64,000 nucleotides of DNA from Anaeromyxobacteraceae bacterium (GTDB lineage: Bacteria; Myxococcota; Myxococcia; Myxococcales; Anaeromyxobacteraceae), in NCBI GenBank assembly GCA_047602405.1, contig JASGHJ010000002.1:3616001-3680000 (forward strand), read 5' to 3'. Made by a program: the position numbers and the translations under genes. Of this stretch, positions 19,177-29,386 are shown piece after piece (the stretch's first letter is position 1; every line of letters begins with the position of its first letter). Below the pieces are notes generated by a model. That model searched no databases, was not told where the DNA came from, and was given only the letters and a program-made list of their open reading frames with translations.

Positions 19177-19197
19177 GGTACGGGGTGGTAGCACTTC

Positions 19198-20376
19198 ATG
19201 GTCCCCGCCGCACGCCTTCGCGCCACCTACTTCGTCCTGTACGTCGGGGTCGGGTCCTCCATCCCGTACCTCTCGGCGTACATGCGGGGGCTGGGATTCA
19301 CGGGCGAGCAGATCGGGCTCGCGCAGATGATCCCGCCGGTGCTCGCGCCGGCGGTGGCGCTCGCGTGGGCGGCCTGGTCGGACCGCCACGGCTCGCCGAC
19401 GAACGGCCTGAAGCGCGCGGCGGTCATCGCCGCGGCGGCGGGGCTCGCGCTGCCCTTCGCGCGCACCCCGGTCGCGCTCGGGCTCGCGCTCGCGGCGGTG
19501 GCGCTCGGCGACCGTGCCATCATCCCGCTCCTCGACGCGGTCTCGCTCGAGGCGAGCCGCCGGGGCGGCCCGCCCTACGCCTCGATCCGGCTGTGGGGCT
19601 CGGTCGGCTTCTGCGTCTCCGCGCTCGCGGTCGGCCGGGCGCTGGCGGCGCGCGGCGAGCAGCCCGGCGATCCGCTCGTGCCGGCGGTGATGTCGGCGGC
19701 GTTCGTCGGGTACGCGGCGCTCCTCTGGTCGCTCCCCCGCACCGCCCCGCCGGAGCACGCCGCGCGCCCCGGACGGCGGGATCTCCTGGCGCTCGCGCGC
19801 GACCGGACCCTGCTCCTCTTCTTCCTGGCGTGCCTCGCGCACTGGACCGCCATCGGCCCGTACCACCTCTTCTTCGGCGTGCTCGTCCGGGAGCGGGGCC
19901 TCCCGTCCGACGTCACCGGCCTCGCGATGACCGCCGGCGTCGTCGCGGAGATCCTGGTGATGCTCGCCGCGCCGCGCCTGGAGCGCCGGTGCTCGCCCCG
20001 GGCGCTCCTCGCCACGGCCTTCGCGGTGAGCGCGGCGCGCTGGCTCCTCACCGCGCGCGCGACGGGCGGCACCGCGCTCGTCCTCCTGCAGCTCGGTCAC
20101 GGGCTCACCTTCGGGCTCTTCTGGGCGACCGCGATGGCGAGCCTGGGCGTCCTCGTGCCGGCCCCGCTCCGGGCGACCGGCCAGGCCATCCTGACCGCGG
20201 TGCTCGCGGCCGCGAACGCGATCGCGTTCCTCGCCGCCGGGAAGCTCTACGACCTCGCCGGCTCGGCCGCGCCACTCTTCGGGTGGGCCGCCGCGCTCGA
20301 GGTGGGCGCGGCGCTGGTGGCGCTCGGCGCCCTGGGCACGCTCGCGGGACGCCGCGCGGCCGCGCTCGCCGCGTGA
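19198..20376 (+). CDS. MFS transporter (MFS_1_like/HcaT type)
   Basis: About 12 hydrophobic segments; YASIRLWGSVGF, LQLGHGLTFGL, RATGQ. Confidence 0.88.
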   Translation: MVPAARLRATYFVLYVGVGSSIPYLSAYMRGLGFTGEQIGLAQMIPPVLAPAVALAWAAWSDRHGSPTNGLKRAAVIAAAAGLALPFARTPVALGLALAAVALGDRAIIPLLDAVSLEASRRGGPPYASIRLWGSVGFCVSALAVGRALAARGEQPGDPLVPAVMSAAFVGYAALLWSLPRTAPPEHAARPGRRDLLALARDRTLLLFFLACLAHWTAIGPYHLFFGVLVRERGLPSDVTGLAMTAGVVAEILVMLAAPRLERRCSPRALLATAFAVSAARWLLTARATGGTALVLLQLGHGLTFGLFWATAMASLGVLVPAPLRATGQAILTAVLAAANAIAFLAAGKLYDLAGSAAPLFGWAAALEVGAALVALGALGTLAGRRAAALAA

Positions 20377-20392
20377 GGTCGCGCCGCCGCGC

Positions 20393-21007
20393 TCAGCGCG
20401 CGAGGTCGCGCAGCCGCCGGGCGCCGAGCTTCGCGCGCAGCACGAGGAACAGCTCCGCGGAGGCGAGCGCGTCGGAGAGCGGGTCGTGCGCGGGGTAGTC
20501 GGGCAGCCCGTGCGCCGCGCGGGCCGCCCCGAGCTGCACCACCACGTTCTCGGCGAGCTCGGGCGCGCCGGCCGCCTCGCGGCGCGCGACCCGCTGCACG
20601 AGATCCGCCGTGTCCACGACCGGCACGCCCGGCCAGCGCAGGCCGGTGCGCCGGTACGCCTCGCGCAGGAACGCGACGTCGATGCGGGTGACGTGCACGA
20701 GGAGCGCGCCCTCCCGCATGCGCCGGTCGATTCGTGGCAGCACCGCGTCGAGCTCCGGGGCCGCGGCGAGGTCCGCCGCGACGAGCTGGTGGGCGCGGAT
20801 CGACTCCGGCCGCACGGCGCCCTGCGGGCGCACGAGGCTCTGCCAGGCCTCGCCGAGGCGGATGCGCCCGCCGCGGATGGGCAGCATGCCCACCGAGAGG
20901 ATCGGGTCGCGCAGCGGATCGAGCCCGCCGAGCTCGAGATCGAGCGCCCAGATCGGCACGGCGTCCCAGGCCGGCGAGGAGAAGAGGCCCTGCAGGGCGG
21001 CGAGCAT
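20393..21007 (-). CDS. DEDDh 3'-5' exonuclease (DnaQ-like)
   Basis: ALDLE, DPILSVG, IDVAFL, VVDT, HDPLSDA motifs. Confidence 0.88.
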   Translation of the reverse strand: MLAALQGLFSSPAWDAVPIWALDLELGGLDPLRDPILSVGMLPIRGGRIRLGEAWQSLVRPQGAVRPESIRAHQLVAADLAAAPELDAVLPRIDRRMREGALLVHVTRIDVAFLREAYRRTGLRWPGVPVVDTADLVQRVARREAAGAPELAENVVVQLGAARAAHGLPDYPAHDPLSDALASAELFLVLRAKLGARRLRDLAR

Positions 21008-22812
21008 CAGCCCATCCCCCCGAGCCGGAAGTGGAACTGCGCCGCCTCCTGCAGCGACCGCACGGCCCTCAGGCCGTCCTTGAGCCGCGCGCGCTCGATG
21101 GGCGTGAGGTCCGCGAGCGGGACCTGCGCCGACCCCGGCGTGCCCCGGGCCGCCGCGTCGAGCTGCCGGCGGAGGCGCAGGCCCAGGAGGAACCGGAACG
21201 CCTCCGACGCCGCCTCCGCCACGTCGCGATCGAGGAGCCCGGCCCGCGTGGCGGCCTCCAGCCGCTCGAGCGTGGCGCGCGCGGGCGAGGCCGCCTCGAG
21301 CGCGTAGCACCGCGCGAGGAACACCACCGGCGCGATGGCCTCGCGCTTCAGGTCCACCACCGACGCCTCGCCCCGCAGGCGCAGCACGAGCGCCGACGGC
21401 GGCCGGAAGTCGAGGGCGGAGCGGGCCAGGAAGCGCAGGAACGGCAGGTTGCGGCCGCCCTCCCCGAGCACCGCCTCGAGCGGCGCGAGGTCGAGCGAGC
21501 CCGCCGCGCGGCGGAAGTCCATGAAGACGCCCGACTCGAGGAGCGCCGCCGGGGTCGGCGCGTCGATCCAGGCGCGGAAGCGCTCGAGCCAGGCCGCCCG
21601 CGGCGCGCAGTGGTTCGTCGCCATGTAGCCTCCCGGGCACGGCGGGAACCCGGCGGCGGCGAGGTCCTCGACCACGCGCTCCGCGAGCGCGTGGAACCAG
21701 GCCGGCGCGCGCGCGGCGTCGTCGTAGACGAGGGCGTTGTCCTGGTCGGTGAGGAGCGTCTGCTCGGCGCGGCCCTCGGAGCCGAAGACGATCCAGGCGA
21801 ACGGCGCGGGCGGCGGGCCGAGGTCCGCCTCCGCCCAGCGCAGGATCCGGTGGAGCAAGGCGTCGTTCACCCGCGCGACGAACCCCGCGATGGTGGCCGC
21901 GTCGAGCCCGCCCGCCTGCAGCCCCGAGGCCATGTCGGCGACCGCCGCGCCGTGGCCGCCGAGCCGCTCGCGCGACGGCAGCGCCGCGACGCGCCGCAGG
22001 AGCTCCACCGGCCCTCGCGCGGAGGCGCGGAGCAGGTCGTTCGCGGTGACGACGCCCTCGATCTCGCCCGCGCGCTCGACCGGCAGGTGGTGCACGCCCG
22101 CCTCGAGCAGGATCCGGAACGCCTCGTGGACCGGCGTCTCCGCGGGCACGCTGCGGAGGGGCCGGGTCGTCACCTCCTCGACGGGCGTCTCGGGCGCGCG
22201 GCCCTCGGCGAGCACCCGGCTGCGCAGGTCGCGGTCGGTGACGATGCCCGGGGGCTCCCCGCGCACGAGCACCGACGAGATGCCCCGGTCGCGCATGAGC
22301 GCCGCCGCCTGCCAGACCGGCGTGCCCGCGTCGACCCAGGCGGGCGCGACGCGCACGAGCCGCTCGACCGGCAGCGCGAGGTCGGCGCGCGCCGGCGGGG
22401 CGGTGACCGCGAGGCTCGCCTTGAGCCGGCCCGCGGTGCCGGCCGCGAAGTGGCGCGCGAAGCGCGCGTCGGCGAGGAGCTGGCGGAAGGTCGTCGACGG
22501 GATGCGGTACGCGACGAGGTCCTCCTCGACGACGACGTCGAGGGTGGCCTTGCCGGTGAGGAGCGAGAGGAAGCCGAAGCTCTCGCCCTCCTCGAGGACG
22601 TTGAGCGGCTCGCCGCGGCGCTCGATGCGGATGGCGCCCTTCACGATGACGTAGAGGTGCTCGAAGGGCGGCCCGCCGGCGGTGACGAGCCGTGCGCCCG
22701 CCGCGTGGTAGACGGTCTCGGCGGAGCGCACCGCGGCCTCGAAGAGCGCAGGGGGCAGCTCGGAGAACGGCGCGGTCCCGCGCAGGAACTCGTTCTCGGC
22801 GCGCGCGCCCAC
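21007..22812 (-). CDS. cNMP-CBS-DUF294 nucleotidyltransferase-like protein (copy 1)
   Basis: cNMP N-terminus, GIVTDRDLR CBS, GSEGRAEQTLLTDQDNAL, GFPPCPGGYMATN, VDLKREAIAP. Confidence 0.9.
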   Translation of the reverse strand: MGARAENEFLRGTAPFSELPPALFEAAVRSAETVYHAAGARLVTAGGPPFEHLYVIVKGAIRIERRGEPLNVLEEGESFGFLSLLTGKATLDVVVEEDLVAYRIPSTTFRQLLADARFARHFAAGTAGRLKASLAVTAPPARADLALPVERLVRVAPAWVDAGTPVWQAAALMRDRGISSVLVRGEPPGIVTDRDLRSRVLAEGRAPETPVEEVTTRPLRSVPAETPVHEAFRILLEAGVHHLPVERAGEIEGVVTANDLLRASARGPVELLRRVAALPSRERLGGHGAAVADMASGLQAGGLDAATIAGFVARVNDALLHRILRWAEADLGPPPAPFAWIVFGSEGRAEQTLLTDQDNALVYDDAARAPAWFHALAERVVEDLAAAGFPPCPGGYMATNHCAPRAAWLERFRAWIDAPTPAALLESGVFMDFRRAAGSLDLAPLEAVLGEGGRNLPFLRFLARSALDFRPPSALVLRLRGEASVVDLKREAIAPVVFLARCYALEAASPARATLERLEAATRAGLLDRDVAEAASEAFRFLLGLRLRRQLDAAARGTPGSAQVPLADLTPIERARLKDGLRAVRSLQEAAQFHFRLGGMG

Positions 22813-24569
22813 TAGCCCCGCTCCTTGCGCGCCGCGACGCGCTCCTGCCAGGCGCGGATGGCCCGGAAGGCGTCCTTCAGGTGGGCGCGGTCGCCGGCGT
22901 CGAGCGACGCGGGCTCGACCGCGCTCGAGGGCGGGCGGCCCTCGGCGAGCCGGCGCAGCACGAGCCGGAGGCGGAGCGAGCTCACGAACCGGAACGCGTC
23001 GACGACCGCGCCGCGCCGCTGGGGCGAGAGCCGCCCGGCCGACACGGCGACGTCGAGCCGCTCGAGCGTGCCGCGCGCGCGCGCGCCGGCCGCGAGCGCC
23101 TCGGCGCGGGCGAGGCGGACCACCGGCTCCAGGCCGGCCGCGTCGAGATTGACCGTGAGGTCGCCGAGCTTCGCCGGGGGCGCGTACGAGAGCGCGTCGG
23201 CGAGGAGCCCCCGCCGGAAGGTCGCGCTGCCGGCGAGCATGGCGAGCGCGTCGAGGAGCGGCGCCACGTCGAGCCCGCCCGCGGCGACGCGCAGGTCGAG
23301 CAGCGGCGCCTCGGCGCCGGGACGGCCGGCCGCCCGCGCCACCGTGTCCTTCCAGCCGTCCAGCGTCGCGACGGCCGCCGCCGCGCGGCCGCGCACCGCC
23401 GGGAAGCCCGCCGCCCAGAGATCGCGGTCGAGCGCGGCGGCGAAGCCCTGGTACCACGCGAGGTCGGCGCCCGCGGGCGCGACGACGCCGTGGTCGCGCT
23501 CGGTCACGAGCGGCTGCTCCATCCGGCCCTCGGCCCCGAGCACCACGTAGGCCCAGGGCCCCGGCGGCGGTCCGAGATCCTCCTCGGCCCAGGTCGCGAG
23601 CCGCGCGACGAGGGCGTCCCCGAGCCGCGCCACGAAGCCGCCCACCGCGACGGCGTCGAGGCCGCCCGCGAGCATCGCGTCGGCCATCTCCGCCACCCGC
23701 TCGGCGTGCCCCGGCAGCTCGGCCCGGGAGGTGAGCCGCTCGATGCCGCGCAGGAGCCCGACGGGGCCGGCGACGGTCGCGCGGAGGAGGTCGGTCGAGG
23801 TCACGAGCCCGACGATGGCGCCGTCGCGCACGAGCGGCAGGTGGTGCACGCCGGCGTCGAGGAGCGCCGCCCACGCCGCGTGGATGGGCGCCGCGACGTC
23901 GACGGTGCGGAGCGGCCGGGTGGCGATGGCGCTCACCGGGAGCGCCGCCCCGCGCCGCTCGGCGAGCACCCGGTTGCGGAAGTCGCGGTCGGTCACGATC
24001 GCGGGCGGGTCGGACGAGACGAGCACCGAGGAGATCTTCGCGTCGCGCATCGCGCGGGCGGCCTCGCCCACGCTCGCGTCCTCGCGCACCCAGACCGGCG
24101 CCCGGCGCACGAGCGCCCCCACCTCCCGCGAGAGGTCGAGCTGGAACGCGGGGGGCGCGTTGCGATTGAGGGTGCGGGAGAGGCGCTGCGAGAGGCCGGA
24201 GGCGAAGTGGGCGGCGAAGGCGCCGTCCTGCAGCAGGGCCCGGAACGCCCGCTCGGGCACGAGGTAGGCGAGGAGGTCCTCGTCCACGAGCACGTCGAAG
24301 CTCGCCTCGCCGGTGAGGAGCGAGGTGTACCCGAAGGCCTCGCCGCGCTCGAGCACCTCGACCGTGCGCCGGCCCCTGAGGATGCGGACGGCGCCCTGCC
24401 GGATCACGTGCAGCGCGGTGAGCGGCGCGTTCCCCGCCTTCACGAGCTCGGTGCCCGCCGGCCAGTACGCGACCTCGAGCGCGCTCGCCGCCTCGAGGAA
24501 GCGCTCCGGGGGGAGGGCGTCGAAGGGCGGCGTCGAGCGGAGGAACGCGACGGGGGGGAGCTCGCCCAC
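22812..24569 (-). CDS. cNMP-CBS-DUF294 nucleotidyltransferase-like protein (copy 2, degenerate motif)
   Basis: Same architecture; motif reads GAEGRMEQPLVTERDHG. Confidence 0.87.
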   Translation of the reverse strand: MGELPPVAFLRSTPPFDALPPERFLEAASALEVAYWPAGTELVKAGNAPLTALHVIRQGAVRILRGRRTVEVLERGEAFGYTSLLTGEASFDVLVDEDLLAYLVPERAFRALLQDGAFAAHFASGLSQRLSRTLNRNAPPAFQLDLSREVGALVRRAPVWVREDASVGEAARAMRDAKISSVLVSSDPPAIVTDRDFRNRVLAERRGAALPVSAIATRPLRTVDVAAPIHAAWAALLDAGVHHLPLVRDGAIVGLVTSTDLLRATVAGPVGLLRGIERLTSRAELPGHAERVAEMADAMLAGGLDAVAVGGFVARLGDALVARLATWAEEDLGPPPGPWAYVVLGAEGRMEQPLVTERDHGVVAPAGADLAWYQGFAAALDRDLWAAGFPAVRGRAAAAVATLDGWKDTVARAAGRPGAEAPLLDLRVAAGGLDVAPLLDALAMLAGSATFRRGLLADALSYAPPAKLGDLTVNLDAAGLEPVVRLARAEALAAGARARGTLERLDVAVSAGRLSPQRRGAVVDAFRFVSSLRLRLVLRRLAEGRPPSSAVEPASLDAGDRAHLKDAFRAIRAWQERVAARKERG

Positions 24570-24583
24570 GGAGAGCCCGCGCC

Positions 24584-26290
24584 CTAGCGGCGCGCCTCCC
24601 GCGGGTAGCGCAGCCCCGCGACGAGCGCCTGGACCGCCTCGGGGGGCGGCGGCGTCGCGAGCGAGACCGCGACGTTCACGGCGAGCGCCACGAGCATGCC
24701 GAGCGCGCCGATGCCCTCCGGCGAGATCCCGAACCACCAGGCCGCGGCGTCCGCCCGGGCGGGGTCGAGGAGGCCGAAGCGCGCGACGTAGCCGAGCGTG
24801 AGGAGCGTGCCGGAGAGCATGCCGGCGACGGCGCCCTGCCGCGTGGCCCGGCGCCAGAAGATGCCCAGCACGATGGCGGGGAAGAAGGAGGACGCCGCGA
24901 GCCCGAACGCCCAGGCGACGAGCTGCGCCACGTTGCCCGGCCCCCGCGCGGCGAGCCAGGCGCCCGCGGCCACGGTGGCGGCCGAGGCGACGCGCGCCCA
25001 CCAGAGCTCCGCCCGCTCGCTCATCCGCGGCGCGAACGTCGAGCGCACGAGGTCGTGCGCCAGGCCGGCCGCGATGACGAGCACGAGCCCGGCCGCGGTC
25101 CCCAGGGCCGCGGCGAGCGCGCCCGCCGCCACGAGGCCGATGACCCACGGCGGGAACCCCGCCATCTCCGGGTGCGCGAGGACGAGCACGTCGGGGTCGA
25201 CGTTCACCTCGTTGCGCACGGGATCGCCGGAGAGGCGCATCCGCCCGTCCCCGTCGAGGTCGGTGAACGCGACGAGGCCGGTCTTCTCCCACGCGCCCAC
25301 CCAGGCCGGCGCCTCCGCGCGCGGCCGGCCCTCCAGCGAGCCGAGGAGGTGCGCGCGCGCGAAGACCGCGACCGCGGGGGCGGTGAGGTAGAGCACCGCG
25401 ATGAAGACGAGCGCCCAGGCGGCGGTCGCGCGCGCGTCGCGGATCTTCGGCACCGTGAAGAAGCGGATCACGATGTGCGGCAGGCCGGCCGTGCCGAACA
25501 TGAGCGAGGCGGCGAGCGCCGCGACCTCGAGCAGCGGGCGCCACCCGGCGGTGTAGGGCGGGAAGCCGAGCTCGACGCCGAGGCGGTCCACCGCCGCGAC
25601 GAGGCCGTCGCCGGGGGCGGCGCGCAGGAGCGACGCGCCGGCGGCCGTGAGGGTGCCCGAGAGCCCGACCTGGGGCACCGCGCTCCCGGTGAGGAGCGAC
25701 GAGGAGAGCACCGCCGGCACGAGGAACGCGGCGATGAGGACGACGTACTGCGCGACCGCGGAGGCGGTGATGCCCTTCATGCCGCCCACGAGGACGAAGC
25801 AGAGCGTCACCACCGCGCCCCACGCGATGGCCCCGCCGATCGGCAGCTCGAGGAGGCGCGCGAGCACCACGCCGACGCCGCGGAGCTGTCCGACCACGTA
25901 GAAGAAGGAGACGAGCACCGCGCAGGCGAGCGCCACGAGCCGCGCGGAGCGGGAGTAGTACCGCTCGCCGACGAACTGCGTGACCGTGTACTTCCCGTAC
26001 TTGCGCAGGTACGGGGCGAGCAGCACGGCGAGCAGCACGTAGCCGCCGGTCCAGCCCATGATCCACGCCGCGCCGTCGCGCCCGGAGAGCGCGACCACGC
26101 CGGCCATGGAGAGGAACGAGGCGGCCGAGATCCAGTCCGTCCCGGTGGCCATGCCCTCGAGCGCCGGGCTGGTTCGCCGGCCGGCGACGTAGTAGCTCGC
26201 GCCGCTCCTCACCTTCCAGAGCACGGCGACCGCGAGGTAGAGCGCGAAGGTCGCGAGGACGAGGAGCCAGGTCCAGCCGGTGGAACCCAT
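24584..26290 (-). CDS. Sodium:solute symporter (ActP-like family)
   Basis: DWISAASFLSMAG, GWTGGYVLLA, PYLRKYGKYTV, AVAQY, FGTAGLPH..RFFTVP, AASSFFP. Confidence 0.93.
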   Translation of the reverse strand: MGSTGWTWLLVLATFALYLAVAVLWKVRSGASYYVAGRRTSPALEGMATGTDWISAASFLSMAGVVALSGRDGAAWIMGWTGGYVLLAVLLAPYLRKYGKYTVTQFVGERYYSRSARLVALACAVLVSFFYVVGQLRGVGVVLARLLELPIGGAIAWGAVVTLCFVLVGGMKGITASAVAQYVVLIAAFLVPAVLSSSLLTGSAVPQVGLSGTLTAAGASLLRAAPGDGLVAAVDRLGVELGFPPYTAGWRPLLEVAALAASLMFGTAGLPHIVIRFFTVPKIRDARATAAWALVFIAVLYLTAPAVAVFARAHLLGSLEGRPRAEAPAWVGAWEKTGLVAFTDLDGDGRMRLSGDPVRNEVNVDPDVLVLAHPEMAGFPPWVIGLVAAGALAAALGTAAGLVLVIAAGLAHDLVRSTFAPRMSERAELWWARVASAATVAAGAWLAARGPGNVAQLVAWAFGLAASSFFPAIVLGIFWRRATRQGAVAGMLSGTLLTLGYVARFGLLDPARADAAAWWFGISPEGIGALGMLVALAVNVAVSLATPPPPEAVQALVAGLRYPREARR

Positions 26291-26294
26291 CGCG

Positions 26295-26552
26295 TCAGTC
26301 CTCGTACACGCCGAAGGCCCGGTCGAGGGCGTTCATGAGGACCACGTAGACGGCGACGAGGAGGACGAAGAGGAGGACGGCGCCCTGGTGGCCGAACCAG
26401 AAGCCGAGCGGCATGCCGAGGAAGGAACGCCCCGAGAGGCCGTCGGCGAGGAAGAGGCCTGCCCCGAAGGAGACGGCGAGCCACGCCGCCAGGAGCACGG
26501 CGATGAAGAGCAGGTTGAGCCGCCAGTAGGCCCGCTGCCGTTCCGGGGTCAT
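26295..26552 (-). CDS. DUF4212 small membrane subunit of the solute symporter
   Basis: AYWRLN...PLGFWFGHQG...LDRAFGV; immediately upstream of the symporter. Confidence 0.88.
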   Translation of the reverse strand: MTPERQRAYWRLNLLFIAVLLAAWLAVSFGAGLFLADGLSGRSFLGMPLGFWFGHQGAVLLFVLLVAVYVVLMNALDRAFGVYED

Positions 26553-26837
26553 CGACGCCCTCCGCACCCCGTGGAACCGGGGTCGCTCGGCAAATCCTTC
26601 GCCGCATCGCGGCGAAAGCGCAGACTTTCCATTTTTCAGGAGCCTACACGAAATCCCTGTGGGGTCGAGGCACTTTGACGCTCAGAGAATGACACGGCGC
26701 GTGATCGGCGCACGCTCTGCGCACCCAGGCCCGCAACGTGTGCGCCGATCGTTGCGGTGGTTTTTTGTGTGTGCTACCGGTGATCGCTCATCACCGAGCC
26801 CGAACCCGACACCTCACCTGAGCGGAGGAGCCCCCCC

Positions 26838-28512
26838 ATGGCTTTGGCTTCAAGCCCGGCGAACCCTGGAACCGAGAGCAGCGGCATCACTCGTGACGAG
26901 GTCCGCGTCATCTTCGCGTCCTCCCTCGGCACCGTCTTCGAGTGGTACGACTTCTACCTGTACGGCTCGCTGGCCGCGATCATCGCGAAGCAGTTCTTCT
27001 CCTCCCTCTCCGAGGCGAACGCGTTCATCTTCGCGCTCCTCTCGTTCTCGGCTGGCTTCGCGGTCCGCCCGTTCGGCGCCATCGTGTTCGGGCGCATCGG
27101 CGACCTGATCGGTCGCAAGTACACCTTCCTCGTCACCATCATGATCATGGGCCTCTCGACCACGGTCGTGGGCCTGTTGCCGGGCTACGCGACCATCGGG
27201 ATCGCGGCGCCGATCATCCTCATCGCCCTGCGCCTCCTCCAGGGCCTCGCGCTCGGCGGCGAGTACGGCGGCGCGGCGACCTACGTCGCCGAGCACGCGC
27301 CGCACGGCAAGCGCGGCCTCTTCACCGCGTGGATCCAGACGACCGCGACGGTGGGCCTCTTCATCTCCCTCCTCGTCATCTACGTCTGCCGCGCGACGAT
27401 GGGCCCCAAGTTCGACGAGTGGGGCTGGCGCATCCCGTTCCTCATCTCCCTCCTCCTCCTCATGATCTCCGTCTACATCCGGCTCCAGCTGCAGGAGTCG
27501 CCGGTGTTCAAGCGGATGAAGGCGGAGGGCAAGGGCTCGAAGGCTCCGCTGACCGAGTCGTTCCTCCGGTGGGGCAACCTCAAGATCGTGCTCCTCGTCG
27601 CTCTTCGGCGGCGTCGCCGGCCAGGCGGTGGTCTGGTACACGGGCATGTTCTACGAGCTCTTCTTCCTCACGCAGACCCTCAAGGTCGACGCGCAGACCG
27701 CGAACGTGTGGGTCGTCATCGCGCTCGTCCTCGCGACGCCGTTCTTCATCCTCTTCGGCTGGCTCTCCGACAAGATCGGCCGCAAGTGGATCATCATGGC
27801 GGGCTGCCTCATCGCCGCGCTGTCCTACCACTGGATCTTCCGTGAGCTGACCCACGCGGCGAACCCGGCCATCGAGGAGGCCGCGGCGAAGAACCCGATC
27901 GTCGTGACCGCGGATCCCGCGGAGTGCAGCTTCCAGTTCGACCCGGTCGGCGGCGCGCTGAAGTTCCGCAGCTCGTGCGACGTGGCGAAGACCTGGCTCG
28001 GCAACAAGCGCATCCCCTACGTGAACGCCGCGGCCGCGGCGGGCACGACCGCCTCCGTGAAGATCGGCGAGACGGTCATCTCGTCCTTCGACGGGCGCCC
28101 GATGGCGGGCCCGGACTTCAAGGCGAAGAGCGGCGAGTTCGACAAGGCGATGGCCGGCGCGGTCGCGGCGGCGGGTTACCCCGCGAAGGCGGATCCCACG
28201 CGCTTCAACGCGCCGATGGTGATCTTCCTCCTGTGGGTCCTCGCCGTGTACGTGACCATCGTGTACGGCCCGATCGCCGCCTGGCTCGTCGAGCTCTTCC
28301 CGACGCGCATCCGCTACACGTCGATGTCGCTGCCGTACCACATCGGCAACGGCTGGTTCGGCGGCTTCCTGCCCCCGATCGCGTTCGCCATGGTGGCCGC
28401 GTCCGGCGACATCTACTACGGCCTCTGGTACCCGATCGGCGTCGCGCTCATGACCTTCGTGATCGGCTCGCTGTTCATGCCGGAAACGAAGGACCGCGAC
28501 ATCCACGCGTAG
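26838..28512 (+). CDS. MHS-family MFS transporter; +1 frameshift at ~27598
   Basis: ASSLGTVFEWYDF, RPFGAIVFGRIGD, RLLQGLALGGEYGGA, WGWRIPF; second frame VWYTG, ELFPTRIRYTSMSLPYH. Confidence 0.9.
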
Positions 28513-28547
28513 GTTCGAGCAGGACAGCGGGGCCCTGGACCCGCAAG

Positions 28548-28590
28548 CCGCCCCCGCCCGGAGAGTCCGGGCGGGGGCGGTACTCTTTTG
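28548..28590 (+). terminator. Probable intrinsic terminator
   Basis: 15-bp stem CCGCCCCCGCCCGGA/TCCGGGCGGGGGCGG followed by TACTCTTTT. Confidence 0.7.
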
Positions 28591-28593
28591 GGA

Positions 28594-28820
28594 GGGATCG
28601 GGATCGAGATCGAGATCGGGATCGAGATCGGGATCGGGATCGGGATCGGGATCTGGGATCGGGATCGGGATCGGGATCTGGGATCGGGATCGAGATGGGG
28701 ATCGGGATCGGGAGTCGCGATCTGTCCCACATCCCGACTCCCACATCCCGACTCCCACATCCCGACTCCCACATCCCGACTCCCACATCCCGATCCCAGG
28801 TCCCGATCCCGATCGCGATC
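28594..28820. repeat. Microsatellite block: (GGGATC/GAGATC)n, then (CCCACAT-CCCGACT)n, then (TCCCGA)n
   Basis: Read directly from the sequence. Confidence 0.92.
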
Positions 28821-28850
28821 CGCCTCACGTGGATGAGGGGCTGTCTCCGG

Positions 28851-28983
28851 CCTTTCGATTGGGGGCTGCGTCTGGTGGGACGGCGCACGTTTCGCGCCGG
28901 GCCACCGCTCGTCGCGCTCGACCCTGGGCCCGTCACGAAACCTGCGCCGGGAGGTGGGGCAGACGCAGCCCCCAACCGAAAGG
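28851..28983 (+). ncRNA. Candidate structured 5' leader (rod-like hairpin), copy 1
   Basis: 28851-28874 pairs with 28960-28983 (23/24 bp); inner GGCGCA/TGCGCC, GTTTC/GAAAC, CGGGCC/GGCCCG; homologous to 29738-29871. Confidence 0.65.
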
Positions 28984-28992
28984 AACCTCCCG

Positions 28993-29343
28993 ATGTCTTC
29001 CTCCTCCATCTCCTGCACCCCCACCTTCCACGCCTACGCCGTCGCCATCCAGCTCGCGAGAGCCGTGCGTTCCGTCATCCCGCTCGTCGCCCGCCACGAT
29101 CCCTCGCTCGCAGACCAGCTCCGCCGTGCGGTCACCTCCGTTCCGCTGAACGTCGCCGAGGGCAACCGCCGCGCGGGTAAGGACCGCCCTCACCACTTCC
29201 GCGTCGCGCTCGGGTCGGCCTCCGAGGTCCAGGCGTGCCTCGACGTGGCCGAGGCACTCGGGTATCTCGCCTGCGAGGCCGTGCAGCCGGCCCTCGCGCC
29301 CGCGGATCGCGTGCAGCGGCTGCTCCGCGGGCTCACCCGGTGA
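28993..29343 (+). CDS. Four helix bundle protein (23S rRNA IVP / TIGR02436-like)
   Basis: LADQLRRAVTSVPLNVAEG..R...FRVALGSASEV...L..AEALGY; AAGGA RBS. Confidence 0.9.
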   Translation: MSSSSISCTPTFHAYAVAIQLARAVRSVIPLVARHDPSLADQLRRAVTSVPLNVAEGNRRAGKDRPHHFRVALGSASEVQACLDVAEALGYLACEAVQPALAPADRVQRLLRGLTR

Positions 29344-29350
29344 GGCCGGT

Positions 29351-29379
29351 CCGGGCGGGGCCACCCCGGCCCCGCCCGG
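29351..29379. terminator. GC hairpin between convergent genes
   Basis: Perfect 12-bp stem CCGGGCGGGGCC/GGCCCCGCCCGG. Confidence 0.55.
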
Positions 29380-29386
29380 CAGGCGA

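Noticed and set aside
28475..28975. ORFs with RS/DP/GI dipeptide repeats (also at 29685-30293 and 59759-60148)
   Set aside because: Translations of hexamer microsatellites with no independent evidence of coding.
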